Of a DNA stretch of 64,000 bases, positions 1 to 21,455 are shown piece after piece. The stretch's first letter is position 1, and each line of letters starts with the position of its first letter. The notes beneath the pieces are model-generated. The model was not told the origin of the DNA. It made no database searches and worked only from the letters and a program-made list of their open reading frames with translations. The stretch is from Flaccisagitta enflata. Its lineage: Eukaryota. The DNA lies in NCBI GenBank assembly GCA_965153355.1, contig OZ231126.1:42780001-42844000 (forward strand), given 5' to 3'. The translations under genes and the position numbers were made by a program.

Positions 1-67
1 TCTAATTTCCGGTTCCCGGTTTTGACCGTTCCGCGGCGTTTCCAGGCAGAAACGAAGGAGAGAAAAT

Positions 68-117
<50 letters not shown>

Positions 118-777
118 GCTTGAGCCTGGATATATAGATAGACACATACATAGATGCATATATAGATACATACATGGATAGATAGAAAGAAGAAAAGAAA
201 GAAAGAAAGAAGAAAGAAAGATAGATGGATATCGGTATGTATACTAATATAGCGTGAATGAGAGCTAAAAAGTTGATGTGAGATAGAAAGATAACAATGA
301 TGAAAGAAACAGAAGTCAGAGGAAAACCAGGTCAAATTAAAAAGAAGAATAGAAAAAAGAAAGAAAGCAAAAAACAATGAGGGAAAACGAGGGAAGCAAA
401 ACAAAAGAGAAGAGTGAAAAAAGAAAAGAGCAAGGAAGAAGCGTGATAAGGGGTGACGTTACGTCCGATGTAAAGGGGAGACATAGGATGAAGGAGTCGG
501 TGTGCAGAATTGGAAAGGTATAGAACACATTTTAGAGTAATTACACGTGAATGGTACAAAAAATTAGGTGCAATTAATATATTGCAGTGATACAGATTAC
601 AGAGAGGCATGGTTTGGAGGATTTGAGAGGTTGAGAATCGAGGAGTATGAATGTGGATATTTCATCATTTCATGGAAAAAAAACAAAACAAAACGGCAGC
701 AGCTCGATAATACATATTGCCTTTATTGGAAGCAACTTAAATATCGAAAAAAACGTCCACGGTTACAACAATACAAC

Positions 778-878
<101 letters not shown>

Positions 879-926
879 CGGAGGCCAGTCACGATCACGA
901 CAACAACAAAAACAGCAAAAACAAAC

Positions 927-1269
927 ACAGCTACCCCCCTCCCACCTGCCCCACTTCAAAGTTAGTGTCTATATTAGTAGACAGATGGTTGAAAAAGCTA
1001 CAACCCCCCCCCCCACACTCCCACCAACATCACTACAAAGTTAGTGTCTAAATTAGTAGACAGATGGTTGAAACTGCTACCCCCCACCCACCTCCCTTGG
1101 TTCAAAGTTGGTGTCTTATTTGTAGACAGATGGTTGAAACAGCTACCCCCTCCCACCTCCCACCTCAAAGTTGGTGCCAAAGTTAGTAGACAGATGGTTG
1201 AAACAGCTACCCCCCTCCCACCTCCCTCGGTTCAAAGTTGGTGTCTAAGTTAGTAGACAGATGGTTGAA
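927..1269. repeat. Minisatellite of about 5 units of 60-65 bp
   Basis: Repeated CAGCTACCCCC..CAAAGTT(A/G)GTGTCT..AGTAGACAGATGGTTGAAA. Confidence 0.85.
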
Positions 1270-1324
1270 AGCGGATCGATTCCCGGCTGAGGAAAAGAAA
1301 AAAAGCCCCATCCGGTTCCGGAAA

Positions 1325-1903
1325 AACAAGGCCAACACCTATAAGTCGCGTGCAAGACTTAAATATGTAATTACTTTATTACATAACCACATAACTAAAA
1401 TGACTTTTATTGAATTTAATTTATGTAACATGACTTAAAATAATTTAAAACGACCTAAAATGACTTAAAATGCCCTAATTTGACTTGAATTGACCTAAAA
1501 TGACTAAAATGATTCAGTGACTAAAATAACTTAAATTGATTTAAATTGACATAAAATGACTTTAAATGACTTAAATTGACATAAAATGACTTAAAATGAC
1601 TTAAATTGACCTAGATTTACTGAAATTTTATTCAACTGACCTAAATTGACTTAAACAGACCTAAAATCGCTAAAATGATGAAAATTATTAAAATAACTCA
1701 AATGACTTCAATTGACTTAAACTGACTTAAAATGACTTAAAATGATTTAATTTGACTTTAAATGGACTATTTGACTTAAAATAAGCTAGTAGGAATAAAA
1801 CGAATAAAAAAAGTAAAGTGTGACCGACCAACCAACCGACCGACCGACCGACCGACCGACCGACGGACAAAGCGGGGTGTAGAGTCGCGTAGCACGCGAC
1901 TAA
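1325..1903 (+). mobile_element. Representative of a very abundant DINE-1/HINE-like short element family (other copies near 29790, 32755, 36680, 39440, 39720, 42740, 46050, 50380, 52955, 54940, 60430)
   Basis: AACAAGGCC start, a subterminal GTCGCGTGC, an internal AAATGACTT minisatellite and (GACC/GACG)n microsatellite, and a terminal hairpin AGTCGCGT(A)GCACGCGACT followed by AAAA. Confidence 0.65.
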
Positions 1904-3036
1904 AAAGGCAACTGAGGCTAGTCAAGCTTCAAAGACAAGCGACGGTCAACCAATGCCGACCACTCCACCGTGTATGGACAGCAAACGATTGACAACAGTA
2001 TGCCGACCAATGGAAATCCAGTGGATCAACGACCGTCAACAGCTAACTACAAATTACCAACAATAATCGGGAAAAAAGTTGAAGCAGTCTTCGACTTTTT
2101 GAGATATTCGAGAAAAACATGGTTTTTATTTTCTTATTAGTAGGCATCCAATATAGCGAGAATTCCAGGATTTAGCCCACATCGGGGGGTCATAGGCTGT
2201 CTTAACTTTTGGTTTAGACATCAATTTGACCTAGTCATATTGAATATCACCAAGCGCCTCTGCCTGTGTCATCATCTACTAAAGGGGTTGTCACATTGGG
2301 CGTAATATCGAGGTTTTATCTAGATACTTCCTATATAATATCTCAATAATTTTCCCAATGCGAAAACCCCTAAAGAAATCACTGGCAAAAGTTGTTCTCC
2401 TGCCTTTCTCTTGCTCTCTGTTTTAGCGGCCCTCTAGGGGCACAAGGCAGAAAATGTAAAAAACATATGAACATTAGCAGCGGCAGCATCAGGGGCAGTG
2501 GCAGAGGATTTAAAATAAGCTGCGGTCTCTTGATCGTTGAAGAATTTATGATAATAGTACACATTTAAAACTCAAAAGCGCAGTATGTTTTACTTTGAAC
2601 CAAGCATTGTCCACTTACACACAGCAAGTTAAGACAGCCCCTCATTCACTTATCCGTTTCTTTCACTGGTGCTATGCGTTTTTAGCTTAAAATTTCATGC
2701 CTATTATTATCCGGCTGATTGGTCCCTCAAACAAAATTGATAGGGTAAATTTGATGACTCGCTTTTATTTGGCACCAAGCAGAATTCTCTACAACAAATT
2801 TTTTTTAGCTGCAATTTTTTAAAGATTTATTTTTGAAAAATTCTAATTGATTTTTCTTCCATTTTTTTATGATTTTATGTAGGATCAATAAAAGAGTGTA
2901 TCTATATTTTTTTGAGCTTGCAAATACAAGAAAACATGTTTATGAGAATCGCTGCTTATCTGTGAGGATTTTTTTGAGAATTTCAGCTCATTTAGCTCAC
3001 TTCTTTTTTTTTTATTTCAAATGCAATAAATGAATA

Positions 3037-3509
3037 CAGCGGGACCTCGGAATAACGGTCTTGAAGGGACTGGATATTTTTGACCATTAAAGAGGGGGAC
3101 TGTTATCATGAAACTTAAAAGTCTTTGTTTTAGCATCACAATATTAAAAAAATATGAAAAAATATCATATGTTATAAATAAAGAATATAAATTGAAAATC
3201 AGAATGCAATCTATTATACTAATTCTTGATAATTTTATCTACTATGAATTGTTTTAATAATATTTTTCACTGTAAAAAGTTTTTTTCATTTTTCTATTTT
3301 GTTATCAAATAAAAAAATGACCTTTATCAGTAAGTACTAAAAAGGCTCAACAAATTTGACCTAAAAAGGCAAGTCAATGTTAAAGCAGGGACTGTTAAGC
3401 AGGGGTATCTTAACCTTACAAAAGTCTGAATAATTTTGGGACTTTAAGTATCTTGCTCTTTAAAGGTGGGGCACCTTCAAAGGCGTTTTTATACAGCGGT
3501 GTTCCACTG
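3037..3509. mobile_element. Tc1/mariner (pogo/Tigger-like) MITE
   Basis: TA|CAGCGGGACC..GTTCCACTG|TA with imperfect TIRs and a TA TSD. It is absent from the same position in the copy near 14920. Confidence 0.65.
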
Positions 3510-3559
3510 TAAATATATGATACATGTTTAAGCAAGCAATTACAAGAAAGCATGTTGGT

Positions 3560-5569
3560 TAGGACAGGGGTTCTGACACAGATTTTGGCAGATCCCTCTT
3601 GTTAACAGCACTTTGGCTCAAAATCAATGTAGTATTAAAGTTCTGCCTTCAAAAGTTGCATTGGGTATCAGGAAATTGTGACCGCCACCCCCCCACCCCC
3701 CCCCCTCAGAAGGTAGCCTCTACAGATTAAGCAATTCGCCTTCTTTTGCTAATAAATTCTAAATGGATCATTCAAAAAGCCTGGTAATGGTCTCATTTGA
3801 AAGGTTTTTACGTGGAGAACATGAAAGATTACTGATATGAAAGAGGCATCCCAAGGGGGGTCCTTAAGGGGCTCCTAAAGTGATTGAAGGGGCCCCCAAA
3901 GCATCCAATACATGAAAATGTGCAATGATTTGTTAAATAAACTAGGTAATGGTGTCAATTAAAATGTTTCTACCCATAGAATATGAAAAATTACTGATAT
4001 GGAAGAGGGGGCTCCAAAGGGGCCCCTAATGAACCCCAAAGAGGTTACAGGGGCCCTTGAAGGATCTATAACTATGAAAATGTAGATTGGACTCTTTGAT
4101 GAATCTGATTGTGGTGTTTTTGGAAGGTATCTATGTGGAGAACATGAAATGTTATTGACATGGATGATGGGGTCCCTAGGTGGCCCCAAAGGTGGCCCCA
4201 AAGGGATTGAAGAGGACCTTAAAGGATCTAAAGTCTTGAAAATCTAAAATAAATTGTTCAAAAATCTGGAAGTAGTCTCATTTAGAACGTATTTACATAA
4301 AAAACATAAAACGTTACTGATATGGAAAATTTGGTTTCCAGGGGGCCCCTAAGGAGCCGCTAAGGAGTAAAAGAGGGCCCCAATGAATCCAAAATTATGA
4401 AAATTTTGAATTGTCTTAGTTTTCTCTAAAACACAGGCCGAAATAAACAAACTGATAGGTATACAGACAGACAGACACACAAAAAGACAGACACACAAAA
4501 AGACAGAAAGACAAATGTGTCAAGATCTTCCCTAAATCTTGACACATAGGAGTTGACATTCATAACTGATTGCCCAGCTAAACTCAACTGAACTCCACAC
4601 TCTGCACTCTCACTCTCTTGGTTTATCCACCCATTTGTCTGTCTTTTTGTCCGTCTCTCTGTCTGTTTACCTATCTGTTTGTTTATTTCGGTCTGTCTTT
4701 CAGAGAAAACTATGACAATTCAAGATTTTCATGATTTTGGATTCATTGGGGCCCTCTTTTACTCCCTAGCGGCTATTTAGGGGTCCCCTGGGAACCAAAT
4801 TTTCCATATCAGTAACGTTTTATGTTTTTTATGTAAATACCTTCCAAATGAGACCACTACCAGATTTTTTTGAACAACTCATTTTAAATTTTCAAGACTT
4901 TAGATCCTTTGGGGTCCTCTTCAATCCCTTTGGGGGCCGTAAGAGGCCACCTAGGGACCCCATCAACCATGTCAATACCATTTTATGTTCTCCACATAGA
5001 TACCTTCCAAAAAAACCACAATCAGATTTATCAAAGAGTCCAATCTACATTTTCATAGTTATAGATCCTTCAAGGGCCCCTTTAACCTCTTTGGGGTTCT
5101 TTAGGGGCCCCTTTAGAGCCCCCTCTTCCATATCAGTAATTTTTCATATTCTATGGGTAAAAACGTTTTAAATGACACCATTACCTAGTTTTTTTAACAA
5201 ACCATTGCACATTTTCATGTATTGGATGCTTTTTGGACCCCTTCAATCACTTTAGGGGCCCCTTAAGGGCCCCCTTGGGACCCCTCTTTCATATCAGTAA
5301 TCTTTCATGTTCTCCACGTAAATACCTTTCAAATGAGACCATCACCAGGCTTTTTGAATGATCCATTTAGAAGTAATTAGCAAAGAAGGCGAATTGCTTA
5401 ATCGTTAGAGGTCACCACCTTCTGAGGGGGGGTGGGGGGGGTGGCGGTCTCAATTTCCTGATACCCAATGCGACTTTTGACGGAAGAACATTAATACTAC
5501 ATTGATTTTGAGCCAAAGTGCCGTTAACAAGAAGGATCTGCCAAAATTTGTGTCAGAACCCCTGTCCTA
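3560..5569. mobile_element. Foldback-like non-autonomous DNA transposon (hAT-type) with about 0.9-kb inverted arms
   Basis: Ends TAGGACAGGGG..CCCCTGTCCTA. Arms about 3560-4480 and 4650-5569 are reverse complements. There is a perfect 8-bp TSD, ATGTTGGT, at 3552-3559 and 5570-5577. Confidence 0.9.
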
Positions 5570-5864
5570 ATGTTGGTGAGCAGAGCTGCTCATCTATGAA
5601 GATGTTTTTGAGTATACTAGCTTTGCTCATTTAGCTTGCTCTTTTTTTCTGATTTTAAAAAGGATGAATAAATAAATGTTTTGATTTGAGCACGCAAATA
5701 CAAGAAAACATGTCAATGAACATAGCTGGTTGTCTGGTTGAATGATTTTGAATATTTCGGCTCATCTAGCTCATTTAGCTCAGTCCTATTTTTCTCTGAT
5801 TTTTGGTGCAATCAATACATAAAATTGCTCTTGATTTGATCTGATGAATAAAAAAATTGCAGTA

Positions 5865-6630
5865 CAGGGTCTTCAATCTCATTTGACACGAAAAGAACCT
5901 ATGCTGTGCAAAAATAAATCAACTTTTCAATTTGATTTTTTTTTCTCCTAAAAGTACTATTTATGACGTTTTTTGTGTCCTAATATCATGGTACTGGGTA
6001 AATTAATTTAGGAGATAACCCATTTTAAAGTGTAAGATGTCATAATGAGATGGGAGGTTTTGTTTGACTTTGTGGTTCTGACCTTTCATCTTTAAACTGC
6101 TCTCATTTCTAAACGCTTTGAGCTACAGATGTGAGATTGGTCTAGAATGGCAGATAATTTCATATAGTTTTTGTATCTGAGAAAGACAATTCTTTGAAAC
6201 TTCATCACGATCAACCATTTTTCTTTTTATTGGATAAAAACAATCTTTGAGTAAGTTTTTGTAAGATTTTTGACAACATTTTGATAGTATTTGCTTAAAG
6301 TTCACTGTTCTGTGATAAAACCTGGCTATTTCTAACATTTGGGTCTTAGCATCTATCACTTGACTCTAATCAAGCATCTGAAGTTTGAAACACATTGAAT
6401 TTTTTGCATTTTTTAAGTCAAAATTTGCAAGAAAAACACATTTTTTGTTGAATTTACTGCATAACTTAAAACATGGATTTCTGCTGAATTTTTAAACCCA
6501 CTACTATGAAAATTTGATACAAAAAACGTCATACATAGTGCTTTTATGAGAAAAAAGAATCAAACTGAAAAGTCAAATAGTTTTAGCACAGTAAAGGTTC
6601 TTTTCGTGTCAAATGAGATTGAATGCCCTG
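5865..6630. mobile_element. Tc1/mariner-type MITE
   Basis: TA|CAGGGTCTTCAATCTCATTTGACACGAAAAGAACC..GGTTCTTTTCGTGTCAAATGAGATTGAATGCCCTG|TA. Confidence 0.8.
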
Positions 6631-7195
6631 TAATTGAAGATAAAAGCTTTGTGAAAAGTGACCAATGCTTACGACTTTTTTCCTCACGACGACAGCCGCC
6701 ATTACTGGTAAATGACAGATTATCAAGTATTTGTCCCACGACCACCCCTCGACTGCCTTTAAAGGATGAAGCCGACCAAGGGCGACCAATATACAAAAAA
6801 ATATAGCTCAGTGACAGTTCAGCAACGTCTGACAACCAATGACCCATACACTGTTGGGAAAAACAACCGACCAGTAGACTGCCTTTAAACAACCGACCAA
6901 AGACACACATCGCCAGACCAATTTGTCCAACAATTACTGACAACCAACCGAAGATGGGCGAATGTCAACGACCCAATGACAACATATAGTAAACCATCGA
7001 TTAACCATGGACAACAACCAACCAATGACAAGTGATAGTCAACCACCGACTGACAGTGGTAGATAGCCAGTTGCCAACAACCAAATACCGGCAGTTTAGA
7101 CTGCGCAGGCATGCGGCTGACTGACTAAAACCGAACTGTGAGCGAGGTTTAAAAAAAAGAAGCTAATTTCATGACAGGGGAAGGATTTGGGAAAT

Positions 7196-7233
<38 letters not shown>

Positions 7234-8467
7234 TAGAGAGAAAGTGAGAACAGAGGATAGAGACAGTAAGCCAGTGAGAGAGATAGACAAGTTTAGAGGT
7301 GCATGAAGCATACAAAAACACCATGAAAGAATATAGTTTTGGATGGGGGGGGGAGTGCAAAGTGTCAGAGCAGAGAAAGAGATGATAGAGGAAAATATGA
7401 AAGATATGACGTTGAGTCACGCAGAGATTGCAGCAAGTAGAGCACGTGACCGGAGGCGTGCTGCTGGCGACTTTGTGTCGTTGACTCATCTTTCCATCAA
7501 ATCGTCTTTTGATCCCACAAACCCACCTCAACCCCCAATATTCACCCTTAACTGCCTTAAGCACGCTATCCATCTCTTCCATCCCAACCCAAACCACTGG
7601 CCAAGCATGTTATCCATCCTGACTTCTACCCCTAGACCAGTTATCCATGATAGTCTTCCTTATAGCTCGTCAATCACAAGGATCCTGTTGTTTCAGGAAC
7701 TATTTCACTGACAGTCATTTTGCTGATAGGCTCTTTCTGATCTAATGCATTAGCCATTAAGCTAAGGAGCAAGTACAAACAAAATCAGTTTTTTTTTTAG
7801 TCGCGGACACGCAAATTTACACCTTGCTGTGTCGGTCGGTCGGTCGATCCTCAGTTTGTCCGTCCGTTGGTCTGTCCGTCGGTCGGTCGGCCCGTCTGTC
7901 CCTTACATTTTTGAATTGCGAGCGGTTTTTGCATCACTGCCCCTGCCCAACCATCCGCGACTGGGGTTACCCCCTTAGGGTACCGTGTATCCGGCCTTAT
8001 TTTTTGTTTTTGCTTGCTAAGGCCATTTGTTGATATGACTGTAATGATGTGGAAGCGATCGATTTTCTTGCCGTCTCAACCGCTTCCGCTTCCGCTTCCG
8101 CCTCCGTTTTCTTTTAAAGACCATCGCGTCCATCAAAATGGAACATTCATCTCCTTGCTCATGCGGTTGTTAACCTCGTTCGATTTTCACCTCGCATTCT
8201 CTCGAGGTTTCTCATGATGGAACGCAGGTGCTAAAAAAAATTGGCGAAAAATCTTTCAATTTCATTTCCATTTTCTGTTATTTTACCCTTTAGCCGCTTT
8301 TGAGCCACTTTTGAGCCTCGTATATTACCCACCTTCAAGCCAAACGTAATTGTTTGATTTGCTTTTCTCTACCCAACTGTACTTTACACTTGATTGCTTC
8401 TTTCTTGGTTTCGGCGAAACTCTGTGTTCGTGTGTGTGTTTGTGTGTTCGTGTGTGTGTTTGTGTGT

Positions 8468-8592
<125 letters not shown>

Positions 8593-8763
8593 GGTTTTAT
8601 TCCGTACGTTCTTCTGTTACCCCTTCCGTCCAGTTCGATGTTGGAACTCTGGCTGTAACTAGCTTCATTATGCTATCTAGTCCATCCGAATATCTTAGTT
8701 TCTGTCTGTCTGTCTGTGTACATGTCTGTCTGTCTATCTGTCTGTCTGTCTGTCTGTCTTTCA

Positions 8764-8801
<38 letters not shown>

Positions 8802-9106
8802 TTTTCTGTCTTACTCTCCGTCAATTTATCTAACTACCTATCAGTCTTTCGTCTACATTCCTCCCTTTTGTTCGCACTCTTCTATTCGCGTTCTTTGCCT
8901 TCCTCCACCTCCAAGTGTGGTTACGCACACAAGCATAGTGAAGCTCACGCGCACAAATACCTGAGGGAGAGCTAAGAAGTGATGAATACGATTTTCTCCT
9001 CCTCTCATTACTCTGTAATTCCTGGCCCATTAATACAAAGTAGATCTAAGGAGATTCAGCTCAAAGGAACTCTCTCTCTCTGTCTCTCTCTCTGTCTCTC
9101 TGTCTC

Positions 9107-9161
<55 letters not shown>

Positions 9162-9180
9162 GTCTCTGTCTCTGTCTCTC

Positions 9181-9256
<76 letters not shown>

Positions 9257-9274
9257 TCTGTCTCTGTCTCTGTC

Positions 9275-9401
<127 letters not shown>

Positions 9402-9954
9402 TTCTCAGGGGCCTGAGGTAAAAGAAGAAAGAAGAACTAAAGGAGACCGACTAAACGGTGTGTGTGAAAGAAAATGGCACTGAATAAAAAGATCTGGTAG
9501 GATATATGGAAATAAAAAATGTATGTTGTGGATTGAAAAGAATTGAAGCAATTTCTTGCGTACATACTAAGTTCTGTATTTGCTTTTAAAACCTATAAAT
9601 GTAATGTGACACTTGTTCACACACAAAGTGTAGCACATCAAAAACACAGAATATAGTACAGAGGGCTATGAGAGTAAATATGACATTAATTCACACATAA
9701 AGTGTAGCACATCAAAAATTCAGAATTTAGTACAGAGGGGCGTGACAGTAAGCGAATGATACTGAGTAATAAGACCACTGATTCCTGCATTGACGGTCAG
9801 CATACCAATAACATAAACAAACAAACAAACAAACAAAACCAGATCATTCCCAACAGTCGCGTGCAGAAAACGATAGCAACTGAAAACAAAACCACCGACG
9901 GACAAATGGATCAACAGATGGATTGACAGAGGAACGGAGAAACATTCCCTTCTA

Positions 9955-10380
9955 TTCATTCATTCATTCATTCATTCATTCATTCATTCATTCATTCATT
10001 CATTCATTCATTCATTCATTCATTCATTCATTCATTCATTCGTTCACTCATTCATTCATTCATTCATTCATTCATTCATTCATTCATTCATTCATTCATT
10101 CTTTCGTTCGTTCATTCATTCATTCATTCATTCATTCATTCATTCATTCATTCATTCATTCTTTCGTTCGTTCATTCATTCATTCATTCATTCATTCATT
10201 CATTCATTCATTCATTCATTCATGCATTCCTTCATTCATTCATTCATTCATCCAGTCATTCATATTCATTCATTCATTCACTCATTCATTCATCCATGCA
10301 ATCATCCATTCATTCATATTCATATATTCACTCACTCATTTAATTATTCATTCATTTATGCATTCATTCATATTGCCATA
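9955..10380. repeat. (TTCA)n tract (others at 12315-12425 and 44568-44705)
   Basis: Directly visible. Confidence 0.95.
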
Positions 10381-11010
10381 CATTATACATTTATTTATTC
10401 ATACGAACATGCGAAACAAATGTGTTAAAGGTTGGCTGTCTTGGACGTTCAAATCTGACGTAAGGACGAGGTGTCCTAGTCTGTGTTCTTTTCCTACCAT
10501 GCAACGAACTATGACAATGCTATGAGCAGTTTTCACTCTACCGTGGATCGTTTGCTTTCCTAACTCAGATTACCTTCGGCTTACTTCTTCCCAATTACCC
10601 CATTTCTTATTCCTTTCTTGCACTGTCTCATTGTCTATGTTTGACTGTCTGTCTCAATCTTTGTGTCTGCCTATCGCTGTTCCTTATTTGTTTGATCTAT
10701 TTTTTTGTCTCTCTGCATTTCACTAACATGATCTGTGTAGATCTGTGTAGATCTGTTTTTCAGTCTTCCTACCAGTCAGGCTGTCTGACTTCCTGCTTGT
10801 CGGTATGTTGATGTCTATCTTTTCGTCTGTTTGAGTTTCTCAGTCTATGATAGGTGGAACTGTCTCTCTGTGTCTTTCATTGAGTCTGTCTGTCTGTCTG
10901 TCTGTCTATCAGTCGGTCTTCCTGTCTGCCTGTTTGTCAGTCTGTCTGCTTTCCCGTTTACGATTCTATCTACCTGTCCGACGGTCTGTTTCTGTCTGTA
11001 TTTCTGCTTC

Positions 11011-11221
<211 letters not shown>

Positions 11222-12832
11222 TTTGCCCTCATTGATGGCCAATTGGCCTGTTTTTTTTCCTCAGTCGTTTCTCGGTTTCATTTGCATAAAACTAATTATT
11301 TTCCTGATCTTGGCGTAACTCGGCAGCGCGCGAGTGCGTGTGTGGAGTTTTGACGCTGACGCTGATGGGGGACGTAGAGAGTCCGACCCTGTGTCTAACT
11401 TAGATCTAACTACCGTCATCTCCAGAGGCTGACATGGGTAAAGCTGTCAGCGATACCAGAAGACTCTGCACTATTGAGCAGTTGAGTTATCAAGTTCTTT
11501 TGAAAGAGAGTATGCGACCAAATCAGTCATGATCTATGCATGCCAGCTATTTTCTATATTGCAGCAAATTTTTTTCACAAGCGACAGAGAAAAAAAAACG
11601 CTCCACGAACATACAGAATCTGAATCAACATTAAGCACGTATCAGCCCAAACTTGGCCTTGTTATTTGTTAACTGCTCATTTCCAGGAACCCACAAGGCA
11701 CAAGGCACAAGGCACATGATTATCATCTGTTACAGGTGGATTTCAATCATAGCCAACGCTGCTATTGGATTTTGAATCATTTGGCTTTTAAAAGGATCGG
11801 GGTATTTGTCTTTCTGAAAAGTGGATTTCCCTGATAATAGGCACCGTTATTTCCGTATGTAATATTCCAGTTTAGAATCGTTTTTAGGTGCGACAAAGCA
11901 CCTCTATATCTGGCTGTGTCCGTTGGTCTGTCTGTAACGCATTCGTTCGACGATCCACACGTCGCACCTTATTGGCCTCCTTGGCCTTGTTGTTCCTCGA
12001 CTCGTTTTGACTTTTGGGAATTTCCCTCACTCAGTTTGATTCCGACTTCGTTCTAGAATCCAAAACGACGATAAAACCGAAGGGCAGTCTGGGAATGCGA
12101 AATAGAGCCCGCATGTTTAGTCCTGCGTAGAAGAAATTTCATATCTCTCTTTTGGTTATCAGTTTTCTTCGACCCTTCATTTGTATTTTGTAAGTCTGAA
12201 CATATTTTTTCGTCATTTCTTTTTAACATAATCCTCGGTTTCAAGTCATGTCCAAATGTCTGCCCTTTTTTCTTTCCGTCTATCCTGCCATTCGAGCCTC
12301 TCTTCAGACAGTTTATTCATTCATTCATTCATTCATTCATTCATTCATTCATTCATTCATTCATTCATTCATTCATTCATTCATTCATTCATTCCTTCCT
12401 TCCTTCCTTCCTTCATTCATTCATTCCGTCTATCATTGCTTGAATTTGAAACCCGGGCAAAAGTTTGGTTCTTTTTTTTTTTTTTTTGCCACAGTTATCA
12501 AAAATAGAACCTCAAGCGAAAAAAACATTAATCTGACTGAACTAATTGTTTTAACGTTTAATGTAAACATTTAGTTCTTACTACGCATCAGGACAAAATC
12601 TTTATCTGAGAGGAAGAAAAAACAACACAAACTGTCAAGATATTTTTCGCAAATTCAGTCGACTCCACTGTCTGTTTTTTTTTTCTTCTCTCCCGTGCTG
12701 CTCTCATGTCGACTACACTAAAATATTTTGATACTACTTTCTTCATTGATTTTACTGCTTGCATTTCCCATTGATTATCACTGAAACAAACACACGGCTT
12801 ATAGATCCTTTGATCTTTCATTTGCAGGAAAT

Positions 12833-20240
<7,408 letters not shown>

Positions 20241-20860
20241 TTTGATGAAGAGCAAAGTTACCGACACAAAATGTACTATAATACACCTTATCTACCATCA
20301 AAAAAAAAAAAAAAATCTTTCAACCTGAAAACAAGTATCAACTTTGGTGAAGTGTTGCTTCTAAACGAAAAATACTATGTCAACCATTTCAAAAAGTTGC
20401 TTGAACTTTTCAAAATGCTACCAATCTGGGGTTGATAGCTCAATTCATGTAGAAGCAGCGGCCGTTCAAAGTTGATATTCTTTTTAGGCTGGAAAACTTT
20501 TTTTGGGAAGATAGTATGATTTCAATTTCGATATTTTTCCATTTGAAAAGATGATATTCAACTTGCAATTATTCTATTCCCTTACAATTTTCACAGATGA
20601 TCCTACCGCACACAGTGAAGGACCCAAACCAACGCGCAAGTCTCGACTTTTGTACAAGAATTTCATGTTGATGAAGAAAGACGTGAAACCTGAACGCAAA
20701 TCAATTTCTGGCAACTAATTTGCTTAACTAACTATATTTTACCGAGTTGTTGCATTGTAGCATTGTTACAATCAACTGATACATTATTAGAGCGTCTGTG
20801 ATGAATATTTATTTGAAAAATTTTTGCAAACGGAAAAAAGAGAGAAAGACAGAAAGCAAA

Positions 20861-21241
20861 TCATTCAGTTAGTCGTAAAAGGCCAGTTAAACAGGAAAAA
20901 AGGTACAGGCGGGCAGACCAACGGTCATGGACAGTGACAAGAATATAAGAACCGAAAATAATGACGGCTAGGCGTCTTATCATCAGTCTGTCTTTTGCGC
21001 ATGCCCATCCCGTTATTGAGATATTTCTGTTGATGTTGGTGTTATGACGTATTCTGCGCTGCCAATCCCCGTCAACATCTGCCATGAAATCGTTGCCGGC
21101 GACGGTTTTGACGATGAAGGAGACGAAGCTGTCTTCGGAGCAAACGAAGGTTTTGATCCAGAGCTCGATTTCGTTCCAGATCATCGACTGGGAGAAAATC
21201 AATTGGTTGAAAAGACGAAGCCTACTTAGTAAAATTAATTA

Positions 21242-21309
<68 letters not shown>

Positions 21310-21455
21310 TTACCTCAAAGAATTTGGCATGTATCCACCAAATCGCAATTTTCTCCAAAATCCGTCGTAGAAATGTCGCGTTGTCAAATCGAAGGACGCG
21401 CATGAGTGAAATCTAAATTTTGTCCAGTTCTTCTTGACTTCTTCAATGGATGTCA
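20861..21455 (-). other. Two phase-compatible exon-like segments of an unidentified, possibly decayed gene converging on the ROCO 3-prime end
   Basis: Segment about 21455-21314 (MTSIEEVKKNWTKFRFHSCASF..PNSL, donor AG|GTAAAT) joins in phase across a short (TG)n-containing intron to acceptor AAGTAG|G near 21222 (LRLFNQLIFSQSMIWNEIELWIK.., stop at 20861). An in-frame TGA lies just upstream near 21503. No family recognised. Confidence 0.3.

Larger units (their letters stand above)
2067..6708 (+). mobile_element. Helitron-like non-autonomous element, copy 1, expanded by nested insertions
   Basis: Starts with TC (TCGGGAAAAAAG..) and has a 5-prime palindrome. It ends in a GC-rich hairpin and CTGG (CTRR) and sits between A and T. 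Internal sequence is shared with the copies at 13964-15325 and 48531-49195. Confidence 0.7.

Noticed and set aside
927-1269. Regularly spaced repeat with variable C-rich interiors, superficially CRISPR-like
   Set aside because: The would-be spacers are homologous to each other, the context is eukaryotic and there are no cas genes; it is a minisatellite.
3959-5171. Two similar ORFs on opposite strands (80 aa and 107 aa)
   Set aside because: They mirror each other because they lie in the inverted arms of the foldback element; no transposase motifs.
7343-7470. EMIEENMKDMTLSHAEIAASRARDRRR resembles the C-terminal tail of RTE-type LINE ORF2
   Set aside because: Too short, with no RT motifs nearby; cannot be supported.
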